Part shown: piece after piece, positions 37,340 to 48,800 of the stretch
Layout of the letters: the number at the start of each line of letters is the position of its first letter
Position numbering within the stretch: the stretch's first letter is position 1
Assembly: GCA_002728755.1 (NCBI GenBank)
Contig: PBVT01000100.1
Location: 4,484-68,483, forward strand
DNA length: 64,000 nucleotides
Source of the DNA: Myxococcales bacterium
GTDB taxonomy: Bacteria > Myxococcota_A > UBA9042 > UBA3505
Reading direction: 5' to 3'
Notes under the pieces: model-generated
Database searches by the model: none
What the model was told of the DNA's origin: nothing
The model's input: the letters and a program-made list of their open reading frames with translations, nothing else
Translations under genes and position numbers: made by a program

Positions 37340-38119
37340 GTGAGGTCCATGCGAAACAGGAACAAACTACGCTCCCTGATCAAAACCTTTCGCGTCGACG
37401 AGAACGACACGAAAGCAAAGGGATCCGACCAGGTGTTGATCGGGGGAGATCTCCGCACTGTTATTCAGAGCAGTCAGTCCCCTCTGACGGGCTCCAACGT
37501 TGTAGACAGCATACGTGATGAAGAATCTGTGCATCGGTTCCTTGCCCAACTCGCGGACTATGAGCAGGTCTCCCTCGAAATCGGCTCCGCTACCGGCACA
37601 TTTGCTGTCCAGGCGGCGGCTAACGAACCCAACACATTATTTCTAGCGTCCGAAGTTCGTCAGGTCCTACTACGAAAAGCACAGAAGAAACGAGCACATC
37701 AGAACCTGGAAAACCTGTTCCTTATGCTTGGTGATGTTCGTCTACAATTGCCGCCATTACTTTCGAACGGTCCTATCTTTCACCGAATCTTTATTCTTTT
37801 CCCCGATCCATGGTGGAAACGACGGCATTGGAAACGACGACTTTTTCAACCTGGCTTTTTGTCGTTTCTCGCGACGGCCGTGCACATGGAAGGCCTCGTC
37901 GTATTGAAAAGTGATGTGGAAGAATATCGAGATCAGGCGAAAAAGCTTGTGGACTCCTGCCCCTATTTCCGTATCGTGAGCGACCCAGCGATTGAGGAAT
38001 ACGTGGCCGCAATGCCTCCGAGCCGACGCCAAAAGGAGCTCGTTGACGCGGACCTTCCCATCTACACGCTGGTTCTACAGCGCACGGAAAATCCCCAATT
38101 CAGCTCTGATGACGTCTAA
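37340..38119 (+). CDS. trmB: tRNA (guanine46-N7)-methyltransferase
   Basis: EIGSATGTFAV… and FPDPWWKRRHWKRR, which is the TrmB FPDPWxKxRHxKRR signature. Confidence 0.8.
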   Translation: MRSMRNRNKLRSLIKTFRVDENDTKAKGSDQVLIGGDLRTVIQSSQSPLTGSNVVDSIRDEESVHRFLAQLADYEQVSLEIGSATGTFAVQAAANEPNTLFLASEVRQVLLRKAQKKRAHQNLENLFLMLGDVRLQLPPLLSNGPIFHRIFILFPDPWWKRRHWKRRLFQPGFLSFLATAVHMEGLVVLKSDVEEYRDQAKKLVDSCPYFRIVSDPAIEEYVAAMPPSRRQKELVDADLPIYTLVLQRTENPQFSSDDV

Positions 38120-38178
38120 GACTAGACCGCACCCCCTTCTATCCTATATAGGCTCGGTCTGTTCTTGATTTCGGCTAG

Positions 38179-40275
38179 ATGGAGACGAATGCGATGACTG
38201 GCATGGCTATCGGCATGATCGTGCTTCTCACTGTAGGGCTCGGCATATTTACGACTCTACTCACCCAGAAAACTCTCGTCTTATTAGGGGCGACCCCTGA
38301 CGACCGGTTCTCCAATTTCCGGGAGCGTATAGATCGAGTGATTGTCTATATGTTCGGTCAGAAACGTATGTTCAAAGAGCCCAAGAGCGGCCTTATGCAT
38401 GCGATCCTGTTTTGGGGTTTCTGCGTCATCAGCCTGCGAACCATCACTCTATTTGCCATGGCGTTTTCTAGCCAGGGCTTTGAGTACCATCTACCGGGAC
38501 TTGGCGAAGGTGCTCTAGGTAATATGTACGCCCTGACCAAGGATATCCTTGCGTTTCTGGTGCTCCTCATGGTCATCGGGGCTGCTATACGGCGTATGAG
38601 TTACCGCCCAGACCGTTTGACTCCGAGTGGTGAGGCGATACTGATTCTGGTCTTCATCGGTATTCTGATGCTTACGGACTTTCTCCTCGATGGAGCCCGG
38701 TTCCTGGGCCAGATGGAGGCTGGGGCCCTGAGCGCAGAAGGGCAAATGAGCCCTGTAGGACGGACATTCGCGAACATCTACGCAGCGCTGGGATACAGCG
38801 CGGCTGAGGCTATGAGTGTGGGCAAAGTCGCCTACTGGATTCACTGCGCGGTCATTCTCGCCTTCCTGAATCTACTGCCAAAATCGAAACACTTTCACGT
38901 TATTACTGTGTTCTTTAACATCCTCTTCTCGAAGACAGAGCCGGCCGGTGCCATTCGGCCAATTGAAAACCTCGAGGAACAGGAAACCTTTGGCGTGTCC
39001 AAGGTAGAACAGTTCAGCTGGAAGCAACTTCTGGATGTATATTCTTGTACGGAATGTGGGCGATGTGAGGTCAATTGTCCGGCCTGGCATACTGGCAAGC
39101 CCCTGAGCCCCAAGGTTCTGATTAAGGACATCCTTGAAAATCTGCACCATCACGAAAAACGTATCATCTCCGAACAGAATGTGGTCGGTACTCTGGTCAA
39201 TCGAATCCGAGGTCAGGAAACGGAACCTCCCACGGCGGACCCCTTTACCCCTGTGGAACCAGACCTCATCAGCCAGGTAAATGAGGACGTCATCTGGTCT
39301 TGCACCACTTGCCGCTCATGCGAAGAGAATTGTCCGCTGCTTATCACTCATGTGGACAAGATTATTGATATGCGCCGGCACCTTGTATTGATGGAGAGCA
39401 GCTTCTCCAAAGAGGTCGGTCAGGCCCTTCGTAACCTGGAGCAAAAGTCGAACCCATGGGGATTGCCCATTGCAGACCGCGGTAATTGGGCAACGGATCT
39501 GGATGTACCAACTCTTAGTGAAAACCCAGACGCCGAATATCTTTTCTTTGTTGGTTGTGCCGGCTGTTACGACGAACGCTCGAGTCGGGTTTCAGCAGCA
39601 GTCGTTCGCATTCTAAAAGAGGCGGGTATCGATTTTGCCATACTTGGTAAGGAAGAGGGATGCACTGGAGATCCCGCTAGAAGAATCGGTAACGAATATC
39701 TGTACCAACTCCAGGCCCAACAAAATATCGATACGATGCAGGGCTATAATGTGAAGAAGGTCATCACGACCTGCCCCCATTGTTTCAACACGATCAAAAA
39801 CGAATACCCTCAGTTAGGTGGGGACTTCGAGGTGGAGCATCATACAGATATGGTCTTCCGATTCCTCGATGAAGGCCGCATCACACCCACGCAGGAACTG
39901 GACTTGCCAAGCCGGAACTCCGAGGAGACCCGGGTTACCTATCACGACTCCTGCTATCTGGGCCGTTATAATGAGGTGTACGATAGCCCCAGAGATACTC
40001 TGAAGGCGATCCCCGGAACCAATGTCGTAGAGATGGAACAGAGTCGTGAAAACGGATTCTGCTGTGGTGCTGGTGGAGCGCGCTGGCTGATGGAAGAACA
40101 TATGGGTACACGTGTTAACCAGGAGCGTGTGCGACAGGCCATGGAAGTGAAACCGGACGTCATTGCAACGGCATGTCCCTATTGCACAATGATGTTGGAA
40201 GACGGCCTCAACGAAACCGGTGAAGACCAGGTCGTTGTCGCAGATGTCGCAGAGCTGGTCGCGAACTCATTATAG
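38179..40275 (+). CDS. Membrane-anchored Fe-S oxidoreductase: N-terminal polytopic domain with conserved His (HdrE/NarI-like) fused to an HdrD/GlpC-like domain with two 4Fe-4S and two CCG motifs
   Basis: 5-6 predicted TM helices with His in the membrane; CTECGRCEVNCP and CTTCRSCEENCP; CCG domains (CPHCFNT…, CCGAGG…); 698 aa. Confidence 0.7.
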   Translation: METNAMTGMAIGMIVLLTVGLGIFTTLLTQKTLVLLGATPDDRFSNFRERIDRVIVYMFGQKRMFKEPKSGLMHAILFWGFCVISLRTITLFAMAFSSQGFEYHLPGLGEGALGNMYALTKDILAFLVLLMVIGAAIRRMSYRPDRLTPSGEAILILVFIGILMLTDFLLDGARFLGQMEAGALSAEGQMSPVGRTFANIYAALGYSAAEAMSVGKVAYWIHCAVILAFLNLLPKSKHFHVITVFFNILFSKTEPAGAIRPIENLEEQETFGVSKVEQFSWKQLLDVYSCTECGRCEVNCPAWHTGKPLSPKVLIKDILENLHHHEKRIISEQNVVGTLVNRIRGQETEPPTADPFTPVEPDLISQVNEDVIWSCTTCRSCEENCPLLITHVDKIIDMRRHLVLMESSFSKEVGQALRNLEQKSNPWGLPIADRGNWATDLDVPTLSENPDAEYLFFVGCAGCYDERSSRVSAAVVRILKEAGIDFAILGKEEGCTGDPARRIGNEYLYQLQAQQNIDTMQGYNVKKVITTCPHCFNTIKNEYPQLGGDFEVEHHTDMVFRFLDEGRITPTQELDLPSRNSEETRVTYHDSCYLGRYNEVYDSPRDTLKAIPGTNVVEMEQSRENGFCCGAGGARWLMEEHMGTRVNQERVRQAMEVKPDVIATACPYCTMMLEDGLNETGEDQVVVADVAELVANSL

Positions 40276-40286
40276 ATCGAACGAGT

Positions 40287-41225
40287 TCAGGATTTACGTA
40301 ATAGCTCTACGATTTTCGGCCCATGTCGCATACCGTAGAGTTCATCCAACTCCCGGATACCCATTGGGCTGGTTACATTGATCTCCGTCAGGTACGGACC
40401 AATGATATCGATACCAATGAAACGTTGCCCGCGGGATTCCAGATCGTCGATCAATGCGGCTACAATTTCTTTATCACGAGAGTTGAGACTAACCTGATGT
40501 GCGGTCGCGCCCTGGCTTAGGTTGCCACGAAAATCCCCCTCGGGAGGGACTCGCACAAAGGCTCCTATCACTTCACGATCTGTCAGCAGAATGCGCTTGT
40601 CTCCGTTCATAGCCTCCTCGATGAAGGCCTGCACCATTACACGCTCCGTACCGCTTTTCGTCGCCTGTTCCACAATCTGTGCGAGATTTGGATCATCACG
40701 CCGAACGAGTTGAACACCTCTTCCTCCCATCAGGTCGAGAGGTTTACAGATCGCGTGCTCTGGCTGCGCGCGAATAAAATCCATGATGACAGCCGGGTTT
40801 CGGCTGATCGATGTCGCGGGGCAAAGCTCTGGAAACTGCAAGGCATAGACCTTCTCATTACAATCTCTAAGCCCCTGGGGTCCGTTTATTACGCCCACAC
40901 CCAACCGTTCGGCAGCCTCCAAAACGTAGGTTGCATAGATATACTCCATATTAAACGGCGGATCTTTACGCATGAAGATCCTCCCAAAATCCTGGAGCTT
41001 AACCTTCGCTGGAGGATCAACTGATATTGCGTTCTGCAGGGGATTGCACTGCCCAAACCGATACCCTGTAGCCCATGGCCCCGAGTCGATATCCAGGTGC
41101 ATTTCATCCAGCGTGGTGTACCAGGCCTCATCACCCAATTCGACAACAGCCTCCACGATCGCCAGGCTGGTATCCGACTCCCATTTGAGCTGCTCAAGAG
41201 GGTCGAGAACAAAAAGCCATCTCAC
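40287..41225 (-). CDS. gshB: Glutathione synthetase (ATP-grasp)
   Basis: Colinear with E. coli GshB (MRKDPPF…, QxLRDCNEK, DGDKR, GIDIIG…LTEINVTSP). Confidence 0.85.
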   Translation of the reverse strand: MRWLFVLDPLEQLKWESDTSLAIVEAVVELGDEAWYTTLDEMHLDIDSGPWATGYRFGQCNPLQNAISVDPPAKVKLQDFGRIFMRKDPPFNMEYIYATYVLEAAERLGVGVINGPQGLRDCNEKVYALQFPELCPATSISRNPAVIMDFIRAQPEHAICKPLDLMGGRGVQLVRRDDPNLAQIVEQATKSGTERVMVQAFIEEAMNGDKRILLTDREVIGAFVRVPPEGDFRGNLSQGATAHQVSLNSRDKEIVAALIDDLESRGQRFIGIDIIGPYLTEINVTSPMGIRELDELYGMRHGPKIVELLRKS

Positions 41226-42004
41226 GAGGTTGGCTCCAACATGATCGATAAATCTTTGTACTGGTAGCTGGCTATCTTTCCACTGGCATCCATCTGAAGG
41301 ATGCCACCACTACCAGCGCCACCCAGATGAATGGTTCCGTTGCCCATATCCGTAATTGTCAGTTGTCCAAGCTCGCCTGTGCGCGGCTCAATTACCGGCA
41401 AGGTGCCACCGGCTGCCTTCGCTCTCCTATAGGCCAATTGAACGAGAAAGATCTGCGTGGGATCAAAAGGTATCGTTGCGTTCGATGCTTCCAACTTCCG
41501 CACCTTCACGCCCGACCCCTCACTACGAAACAGCAGCCTGCTTTTTTCTCGGCTTATAATTATAAATTGTAAAGACACACCGGCTTGCCACCAACCGCGA
41601 TACTTTTCGAAAACACCCGCTTTCGAAAACTCGATATGGTGCTTTTCCGACTTGCCATACAGTCGACTCTTCTTCTTTTTCTTCAGGGCCTTAAACTCCT
41701 CAATCGCGATACCCTTCTTAAAAGAACGCTGAATCGAACCTCCGAAGATTTTACCGGAGTGGTTCGAACGCACTTCCTTAAAGCGTGCCGCGCCGACCTG
41801 GAGCCCATCCTTCATAGCGACAAAACGACTGGCCCGAAGAACCGTCGGTTCTGGCATCTTTTCTTCTTCTTTCGAATCCGATGCTGGGGGTTGTTCCGTT
41901 TGCGCCAATCCCAGGGTGGCAAAAAGAGTCATTCCCAGTGTCAGAAACAAACAGATTGCCCATCGGCGATTGGCAGTTTTTTTTATTTTTTTACAAAAAA
42001 CCAA
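41222..42004 (-). CDS. Hypothetical secreted protein
   Basis: Signal peptide and Lys-rich segment; overlaps gshB by 4 nt; no recognised family. Confidence 0.4.
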   Translation of the reverse strand: MVFCKKIKKTANRRWAICLFLTLGMTLFATLGLAQTEQPPASDSKEEEKMPEPTVLRASRFVAMKDGLQVGAARFKEVRSNHSGKIFGGSIQRSFKKGIAIEEFKALKKKKKSRLYGKSEKHHIEFSKAGVFEKYRGWWQAGVSLQFIIISREKSRLLFRSEGSGVKVRKLEASNATIPFDPTQIFLVQLAYRRAKAAGGTLPVIEPRTGELGQLTITDMGNGTIHLGGAGSGGILQMDASGKIASYQYKDLSIMLEPTS

Positions 42005-42290
42005 TTTTCTTCTCAGACCTCAGACTACACTTTTACCAGCAGAGCCGTACACAAGCCAGAAACACTCAAGTCAAAACATATAATCCCATCCTATCCAACG
42101 TTTAGTTCGACAAACCAACGAATGAAATGATCTGCGTTCAACGCCACAAGCCAGAAAGTTAAACATCGTGTATCATACGGATACGACTACTTTTTTTGAC
42201 ACGAGGCCATTCCGGCCCAAAAATCGGCGCAGGTGGTTTCTACAATTTGAATATGGGGCAAGGCGGGTAACGCCGCTCGGCGGAGCAACA

Positions 42291-43346
42291 TTGGCAAGCA
42301 AGAATCTACTAGGGGTTGATATCGGTTCTCACACCATTAAGGTGGTGGAGATCAGTCAGACTAAGAAGAATGTGGAACTTCTTCGGTTTGGAGTGGCGGA
42401 GCTCCCATCGGACGCTATCGTGGACGGCGCGTTTGTGAACTTCCCTGTCGTAGTAGAGCGATTACGCGAGCTGCTTCGTAAACATAAGTTCAAGCAGAAG
42501 CGATGTGCCCTGGCCATTAGTGGAACAGCTGTCATCGTGAAGAAGATCAGTCTTCCGCAGATGACGGAAGATGAGCTCCAGGAAAGTGTGCAGTGGGAAG
42601 CGGAACAGTACATTCCCTTCGATATCAAAGACGTGAATGTTGACGTTGAAGTTCTGAACCAACATCCGGGTCAGGGACAAATGGATGTTCTACTCGTCGC
42701 CGCCAAGAAACAGGTCATTAATGATCATGTGGCGGTAGCCAGAGATGCTGGGCTGAGCCCAACAGTGATGGACGTCACAACCTTCACGGCCCAAAACTGT
42801 CTGGAATTGAATTACGGTAACTTCCCGAACGAGGTTGTCGCTCTCGTAAATATCGGGGCATCCAGCATCAACCTGAATGTCTTGGCTGATGGGACAACGG
42901 CCTTCACTCGGGACATCCTGGTGGGCTCTAGCGTAATCACGGAAGAAATCCAGAAGCGATTCAATCTCCCGTGGGATGAAGCGGAGCGATACAAAACTCG
43001 TACGCCCGATCAATTACCGAATCAGAGCCTCGCGCGCGAAATAAAGAAACTTGTAAAACGCGTAAGTGATACACTTGCTACGGAGTTGCAACGATCCCTT
43101 GATTTCTTTGCAGCTACAACAGCAAATATGCAGATAGCCAAAGTATACCTCTCCGGTGGAGGCGCAATGAATCCAGAGCTTGTGTCCGTAATTTCGGACC
43201 GCCTGGCCTTGCCCACGGAGATCGTCAACCCATTCCAGAACATCACGATCAACCCGAAGTTCGTAGACTTAGAGCTGCTGCGACATCACGCGGCACAACC
43301 GGCGGTGGCCGTAGGTCTGGCTTTACGACGGCAGGATGAACAATGA
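42291..43346 (+). CDS. pilM: Type IV pilus assembly protein PilM (actin-like ATPase)
   Basis: LLGVDIGSHTIKVVE… A TTG start at 42291 gives MASKNLLGVDIG, a canonical PilM N-terminus; the ORF-track start at 42168 is too far upstream. Confidence 0.85.
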   Translation: MASKNLLGVDIGSHTIKVVEISQTKKNVELLRFGVAELPSDAIVDGAFVNFPVVVERLRELLRKHKFKQKRCALAISGTAVIVKKISLPQMTEDELQESVQWEAEQYIPFDIKDVNVDVEVLNQHPGQGQMDVLLVAAKKQVINDHVAVARDAGLSPTVMDVTTFTAQNCLELNYGNFPNEVVALVNIGASSINLNVLADGTTAFTRDILVGSSVITEEIQKRFNLPWDEAERYKTRTPDQLPNQSLAREIKKLVKRVSDTLATELQRSLDFFAATTANMQIAKVYLSGGGAMNPELVSVISDRLALPTEIVNPFQNITINPKFVDLELLRHHAAQPAVAVGLALRRQDEQ

Positions 43347-44065
43347 TTCGCATTAACCTATTACCCGTACGCGAGCGACGAAAACGTCGTGCTGGAGCGC
43401 AACTCCTGGTCATTGGAGCTGCACTCCTCTTCGGACAGGTATATGGGCTTCAAATGGTCCATCAGCAGAAGAGCTCTCGCGTAGAAAAAATGCGAAAGCA
43501 GCTCAGAAAAACGCTCAATACAAATAAGAACCTTGAGGAGATCAAATCCGCTGCTACAGCAAAGGAAAGTGAACTCAAGAAGGTCAAGAATCAACTCAAG
43601 TCCTATACAAAACTTGAGGCCTACCGTTCCGGACCGGCCAATATGCTGCTTTTCCTCTCTTATGCTTTGAAAGTGCGTGCGTCTGACAACACCACCGCAC
43701 CCAAAGATGGGATTGGTAGCAAGATGGAAAAGAAGGCATTAACTTCCGCTGGTTGGCGCGTGATTCGTCGAGAAGATCCGGAGACGAACCTGGAGATCCC
43801 CGAATGGGACCCAAACCAGATCTGGATACGCAAACTCATACAGATGGAAGACGGTCTGGTGATCGAAGGTGTCGCTATCAATCATGAGTCGGTCGCTGAA
43901 TTCAGTCGTCGCTTAAGTACCGGCCCCTTCTTCCCGGAAATGAGACAAGTACAACAAAAGGAATTTCTCGATACACGTCTTGCACGCAAGACCATCCAAT
44001 ATCGGCTGGAATCCAAGATCGATTATGAACTTCCGGAATTGCCCGACGAGCCCGAACCTAACTAA
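43343..44065 (+). CDS. pilN: Type IV pilus assembly protein PilN
   Basis: MIRINLLP N-terminus, a single TM helix, and an ATGA overlap with pilM. Confidence 0.85.
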   Translation: MIRINLLPVRERRKRRAGAQLLVIGAALLFGQVYGLQMVHQQKSSRVEKMRKQLRKTLNTNKNLEEIKSAATAKESELKKVKNQLKSYTKLEAYRSGPANMLLFLSYALKVRASDNTTAPKDGIGSKMEKKALTSAGWRVIRREDPETNLEIPEWDPNQIWIRKLIQMEDGLVIEGVAINHESVAEFSRRLSTGPFFPEMRQVQQKEFLDTRLARKTIQYRLESKIDYELPELPDEPEPN

Positions 44066-44089
44066 TACCTAAGAGTAGATTCGAAAATT

Positions 44090-44893
44090 ATGGGTGCATT
44101 TCAAGAACAAATCCAAAGACTTTCGTCCCTGAGTATGGGCTCGAAGATACTGGCGTTTGTAGTCATATCACTACTCATCGATGCCGGTTTCTATCTGACC
44201 AGAATCAAACCCGCTCAGGGTGAGTTGGAGCAGATGTCCCGTGAGATTCGGAACAAGGGTCGAAAGAATAATACTTTAGAAAAGCAAGGGTTCGACAAGA
44301 AACTGAAAACCGCTTCTCTGAAGATCGAAGAAATCGAACGTGAACTCGCCAAACGAGAAGAGACCCTTCCCAAAGAGGAACGTATCGAAGAGCTCATCTC
44401 GGACCTGGAAAAACTCGCAGCCGTAAGTAATTTACAAGTTGGAGCCTACACTCGTCTGGCAAAGACCGTCTTTACTGGTGGTGGCACAAAAAAGAAGAAA
44501 AGGAAGAGCAAACAGAAGTTCGGACTGGTGCCAGTACAGATGAATGTTGAGGGGACAACAGAGAATCTCCTCAAATTCTTCTTATTATTGGGTAATCCGG
44601 ATGGAATGAAACGACTGGTAAGCATCAGTGATCTCCAGATCTCGTGGGCCAACCCATCTTTGGGCCAGAGAGGTGACTCTGTATTCGAGAACTGCGGACT
44701 GACCGACCAGGAACAAAATCTAGTAGATGATGAACGCCTCCGCCTCTCTCATAAAGAGCTGGTGGCGAAGTTAGAAGGCCTTTTGACGCAGGTATGTATT
44801 GAGAGACAGGGGCAAATCAAAGCCCAATTTACCGTAAACGCCTTCCAGCAGTTGAGCAAAGAGGAATTACGGCGCCTTAAAACTAAAAGATAA
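44090..44893 (+). CDS. pilO: Type IV pilus assembly protein PilO
   Basis: Single TM helix, coiled coil, and synteny with the rest of the pil block. Confidence 0.75.
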   Translation: MGAFQEQIQRLSSLSMGSKILAFVVISLLIDAGFYLTRIKPAQGELEQMSREIRNKGRKNNTLEKQGFDKKLKTASLKIEEIERELAKREETLPKEERIEELISDLEKLAAVSNLQVGAYTRLAKTVFTGGGTKKKKRKSKQKFGLVPVQMNVEGTTENLLKFFLLLGNPDGMKRLVSISDLQISWANPSLGQRGDSVFENCGLTDQEQNLVDDERLRLSHKELVAKLEGLLTQVCIERQGQIKAQFTVNAFQQLSKEELRRLKTKR

Positions 44894-44908
44894 GAATAGA
44901 GCGCGTAT

Positions 44909-45622
44909 ATGAAACAAATAATTCGACATACCCTGCTTTTTATTCTGGCCATTCTCATCGCATTTGCCACGGTTTCGTGTGGGGGCTCCGAGACAAAGAG
45001 CCTCAAAGAAAAAGACCGTGTTGTCGAAGCACGAAAGCAAAGTTCCGGCACAAAGACTCGTAGTAAGAAGTCAAAAAAGCGCCGAAAGAAAAAGAAGAAA
45101 AAATCCGGGGAAGAGTTGACTGGCCCATGGGCCTCCTACGCCAAGTATTTTGAGAAGTATCGCATACGTGGAACCAAATATGGTGTAACCAAGCCTGGCT
45201 TCTTCCACGATCCCTTCCGTCCTCGACTGAGTTTACTCCCCGACCGTCAGCGAACTGTCGATCTACTAACCAAACTGCAGCCGCTGGCCAGTGCTGGTGA
45301 TGGAGACGGAACCGATAGTGGCGAAACGATAGAAAAGACACCTCTTCAGCTGTATGCATTGGATCAATACCGTGTCACGATGATCAAGACCGGAATCATC
45401 CGGGCTGAGGCCGCACTCGTAGACCCCGACGGTCGTCTATGGACGATCAATATCGGGGATTCCGTAGGGAGCAACCGGGAATATGTGGAAGAGATTCGTC
45501 AATACGAAGTTCTTTTCCGTCGTCCTGGCCATCTCGAGCCCATTACAAAAAGCTTGAAGCCTCCGATTCTGGAGCTCGTCAAAAAATCAGACGAACATCT
45601 CCTTATGGAGGTCGGTCGATAA
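44909..45622 (+). CDS. pilP: Type IV pilus lipoprotein PilP
   Basis: Lipobox TVSCGGS, Lys-rich linker, C-terminal beta domain, and synteny. Confidence 0.7.
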   Translation: MKQIIRHTLLFILAILIAFATVSCGGSETKSLKEKDRVVEARKQSSGTKTRSKKSKKRRKKKKKKSGEELTGPWASYAKYFEKYRIRGTKYGVTKPGFFHDPFRPRLSLLPDRQRTVDLLTKLQPLASAGDGDGTDSGETIEKTPLQLYALDQYRVTMIKTGIIRAEAALVDPDGRLWTINIGDSVGSNREYVEEIRQYEVLFRRPGHLEPITKSLKPPILELVKKSDEHLLMEVGR

Positions 45623-45801
45623 AATCGACCCTCTTTCGAGCAAACATAGCGCGTGAAGGTTGGTTGTGGATCCATTTCTGCACCCAAACAAATCAGCAAA
45701 CTCGATGTCTAACGACACGATTTTGAATGAAATTCACCTATTTTTTTGACGGTTTGTCGAGGCAGGCTACGATTTTAAGTACGCATCGAGAGGAGTGTTT
45801 G

Positions 45802-48800
45802 ATGTTTCATCGCAGCCAAATTATTCGGCTGGTAGGGGTACTATCAGGTATATTTCTGTGTATTGGACTCGCTAATGGCGCTCCAAACCAGGAAACCGGC
45901 CTCAATCAGATTGAAAAAATAGACCGGCAAGAAGAAGATAATCTGACCCGGTTACAGATCCATTGTTCAAAAGAGCCGACGTTCACGGTGTTTCGTTTAC
46001 ACGATCCCGTTCGAGTCATCATCGACGTCATTGGCGCGAAGACTCTCGACTCCGGAACAGCATATACCGTTCAGAATGGGGTGATCGATCAAATTGAGCA
46101 CCGAACCTTCTCTCGGGACGGACAATCCATTGGACGTATAACAATCGGTCTATATGAAACGACTGCATACGACGTAAAGCGTAATGGCAATACAATTGAA
46201 CTCCTCATCGATGCTGCCAAACGTCGACAAAGCAATCCGACCAACACCAACGAAGAAATTGAAATACAGCGTCGTGAGCTTGAGCAATTACAATCTCGTA
46301 TCACGACCGAAACCAGCAAAATTGATTCGCTTCTCTCCGAACGAGCCAAGTTATCGGCGAAGCAGGAGAAACTCCAAGGCCAGATTTCAAAGCTGGAATC
46401 CAAACGCGCATACAGTGGTGAATTGCAGCAGAAGGTCTCTGAATACGAGACACGCCTGACGGAGCTCCAATCCAAGATGGCTACCTCTGTAGCCCGACAT
46501 GGTGCCTTACGCGATGCTGTAGCTACCATACGCCGCCTGGAGAACGATCAGGCTCAACTCGCCAAAGAGCTCAAATCCGCGCGCTCGGAACAAACCGATG
46601 CTCGGACTACGATGATTCGTATAAACCGAGAATTGACCCAGACGCGTTCCCAACTTGAGAAACGAGAAACTACTCTCGTTACGGCTCAATCGAAACTCAA
46701 TAAATTGCGAACCAAGAATGGCGAACTCTCCGACCGTGTAAATAAAGCGGAAACAGACGCAGAAAACGCCAACAAAAGATTACGTACAATTCGCGAAGAG
46801 TCAGACGAAAGCCTCGCTATGGCCGATAAGCGAATTCGAAGTCTGTCGAGCCGAATCTCGGATGCAAAACAACGCCTCGCCCGTACAGAAAAGACCGAAC
46901 AAACATATGTAGAGCAGACAAAGAAGCTTAAGACTCTTGAAGCTACTCTTCGATCCCAGTTGGTGAAGGAAAAGGGACTGCGCGCGCAACGTGAGCAGGC
47001 GCTCAAAAAGAGTAATAAGGAATCAAAGAAAGCCCAGAAGGCTCTGGAAACCGCGCTAACCCAGCAGAAGAAACATGAAAAGCGCGTACGCAAGGCCTAC
47101 GAAGAAAGAATTACCAAACTCGAAGCACGTTTGGTTGCTCAGAAGAAGTTGCGCGAAACCCAGAAACTCGCGGCTCGTGCTCGTGCCATCCTGGAAGCAC
47201 GCTCCATGGTCACGAAAGAGCTCGAACAGCTTATGAAGAAACGTGACAAGACTGCCAAGGTCGTCACCGATTTAACGGAAAAACGAAAACAATACGAAAC
47301 CGAGATCGCAACCATCGAGTCCGCGATCAAGTCTCGTCAGACAGAAGTACGTACCGCCGAGAAAAAACAAAAGAAGGCATTCGCGAAACTCGAGACCTTG
47401 AATACACGTATCGGTAAGGCGGAGAACACGATCCAGGAATTGGATAGTCAGCGTTCCACATTGCGCACAGAGCTCGCCCAGTTGCGCCAGCAAACCGATA
47501 AATTACGTGCCAAACGAGTCGAGCGCCAAAACAACCTTCAGGAGTTACAAAATAAGAACCAACGCCTCAGCGCGCACGTAGATGAGCTACAGACAAGCCT
47601 CAGCGCGTTAACTAAGCGTATGGATTCCGAACGCCAACAACACGACCGGACTGTTGTTGGTATGAGCGCAGAGCGTTCTGTCCTGAAGAAAAAGATTATG
47701 ACCCTCGAAGAGGCTAACTCCATCGACAAGGCTCAGGTCGAACAACTGCAAGCAAAGATTAAGTCGCTCTCTGATAACCTGAATGGTGCGGAACAATCCT
47801 ATCGCCAAACAATCCAGGCCGTAGAGAAAGAGCGTGCCGCTCTCCGCACGAGAGTTACCAACCTACAGACTCAGCTTACGGGAAATACCACTGGGCCAAT
47901 CCAGAACGAACAGGTGGCACAATTACGGGCAATGCTCGCAGCCGTACAACAAACCGCAGCCGACGAGCGCGACGCAGCTACCCGCCGCGCCAAAACAGAG
48001 GTCGAGCAGTACCAGGTCGAAATACAAAGACTCACTGGCATCTTAAAGAAAGCGCAGGGCACAGCGGACACAACCTCTCCGATCATGCCCACCTTGCAAA
48101 AACACCTGAATACCGCACACACCCAGCTCAAAACCGCGGAGACCGAGCTCATCGAGCGTAGCCGGGAAGCAGTAAAGGCTCGCGCAAGCGCTGTCCAGGC
48201 TCATGAAGAGAGTGCACGACTTCGCTCCGAAGTACAGTCTCTAAAGACCCAGTTGGACAACGCCAGCAGCTCTCGCGTGCAGCGAGTTCTCTCTCTGGAA
48301 AAACAAATTAGTGATCTGCGCACACAACTAAAGGCGCAGAGTCATACGAAAACGAAAGCGAAAAAATACCAGACACAAAAAGTGCAGGTCACCGTACAAC
48401 GGCTCGAGGCTGAGCTAGCAACCCTACGGTCCCAGCTCCGTACAGCACGCACCGAAAAGGTCGCCGTACAAGAGACCGCACAAGAAGAGAAAAAGAAGAG
48501 TGAAAAACTGGCTATGAGGGCCGACGAATACCGGACCAAAGCAGAGGAATTCAAGGCCAACGCGAGCCGACTCAAGACGGAAGCGAACGAACTCCGAACC
48601 AGAATCCAAAACCTCGAAAACGGTCAGCAGGGAAAAGCCGCTGCTGAATTACGTCAATTCCTTGAAGCGGCCGAACGTGCGGGTCGCATCGCCAGGGCGA
48701 AAGCTGCTTCAATGAAGGCCGCAGCCCAGAAATGGCAAACCGAAGCCAATCGCTCCCACCAAGCCAAAGAGCGAGCAATGGCCGACAAGAAACGCGCACA

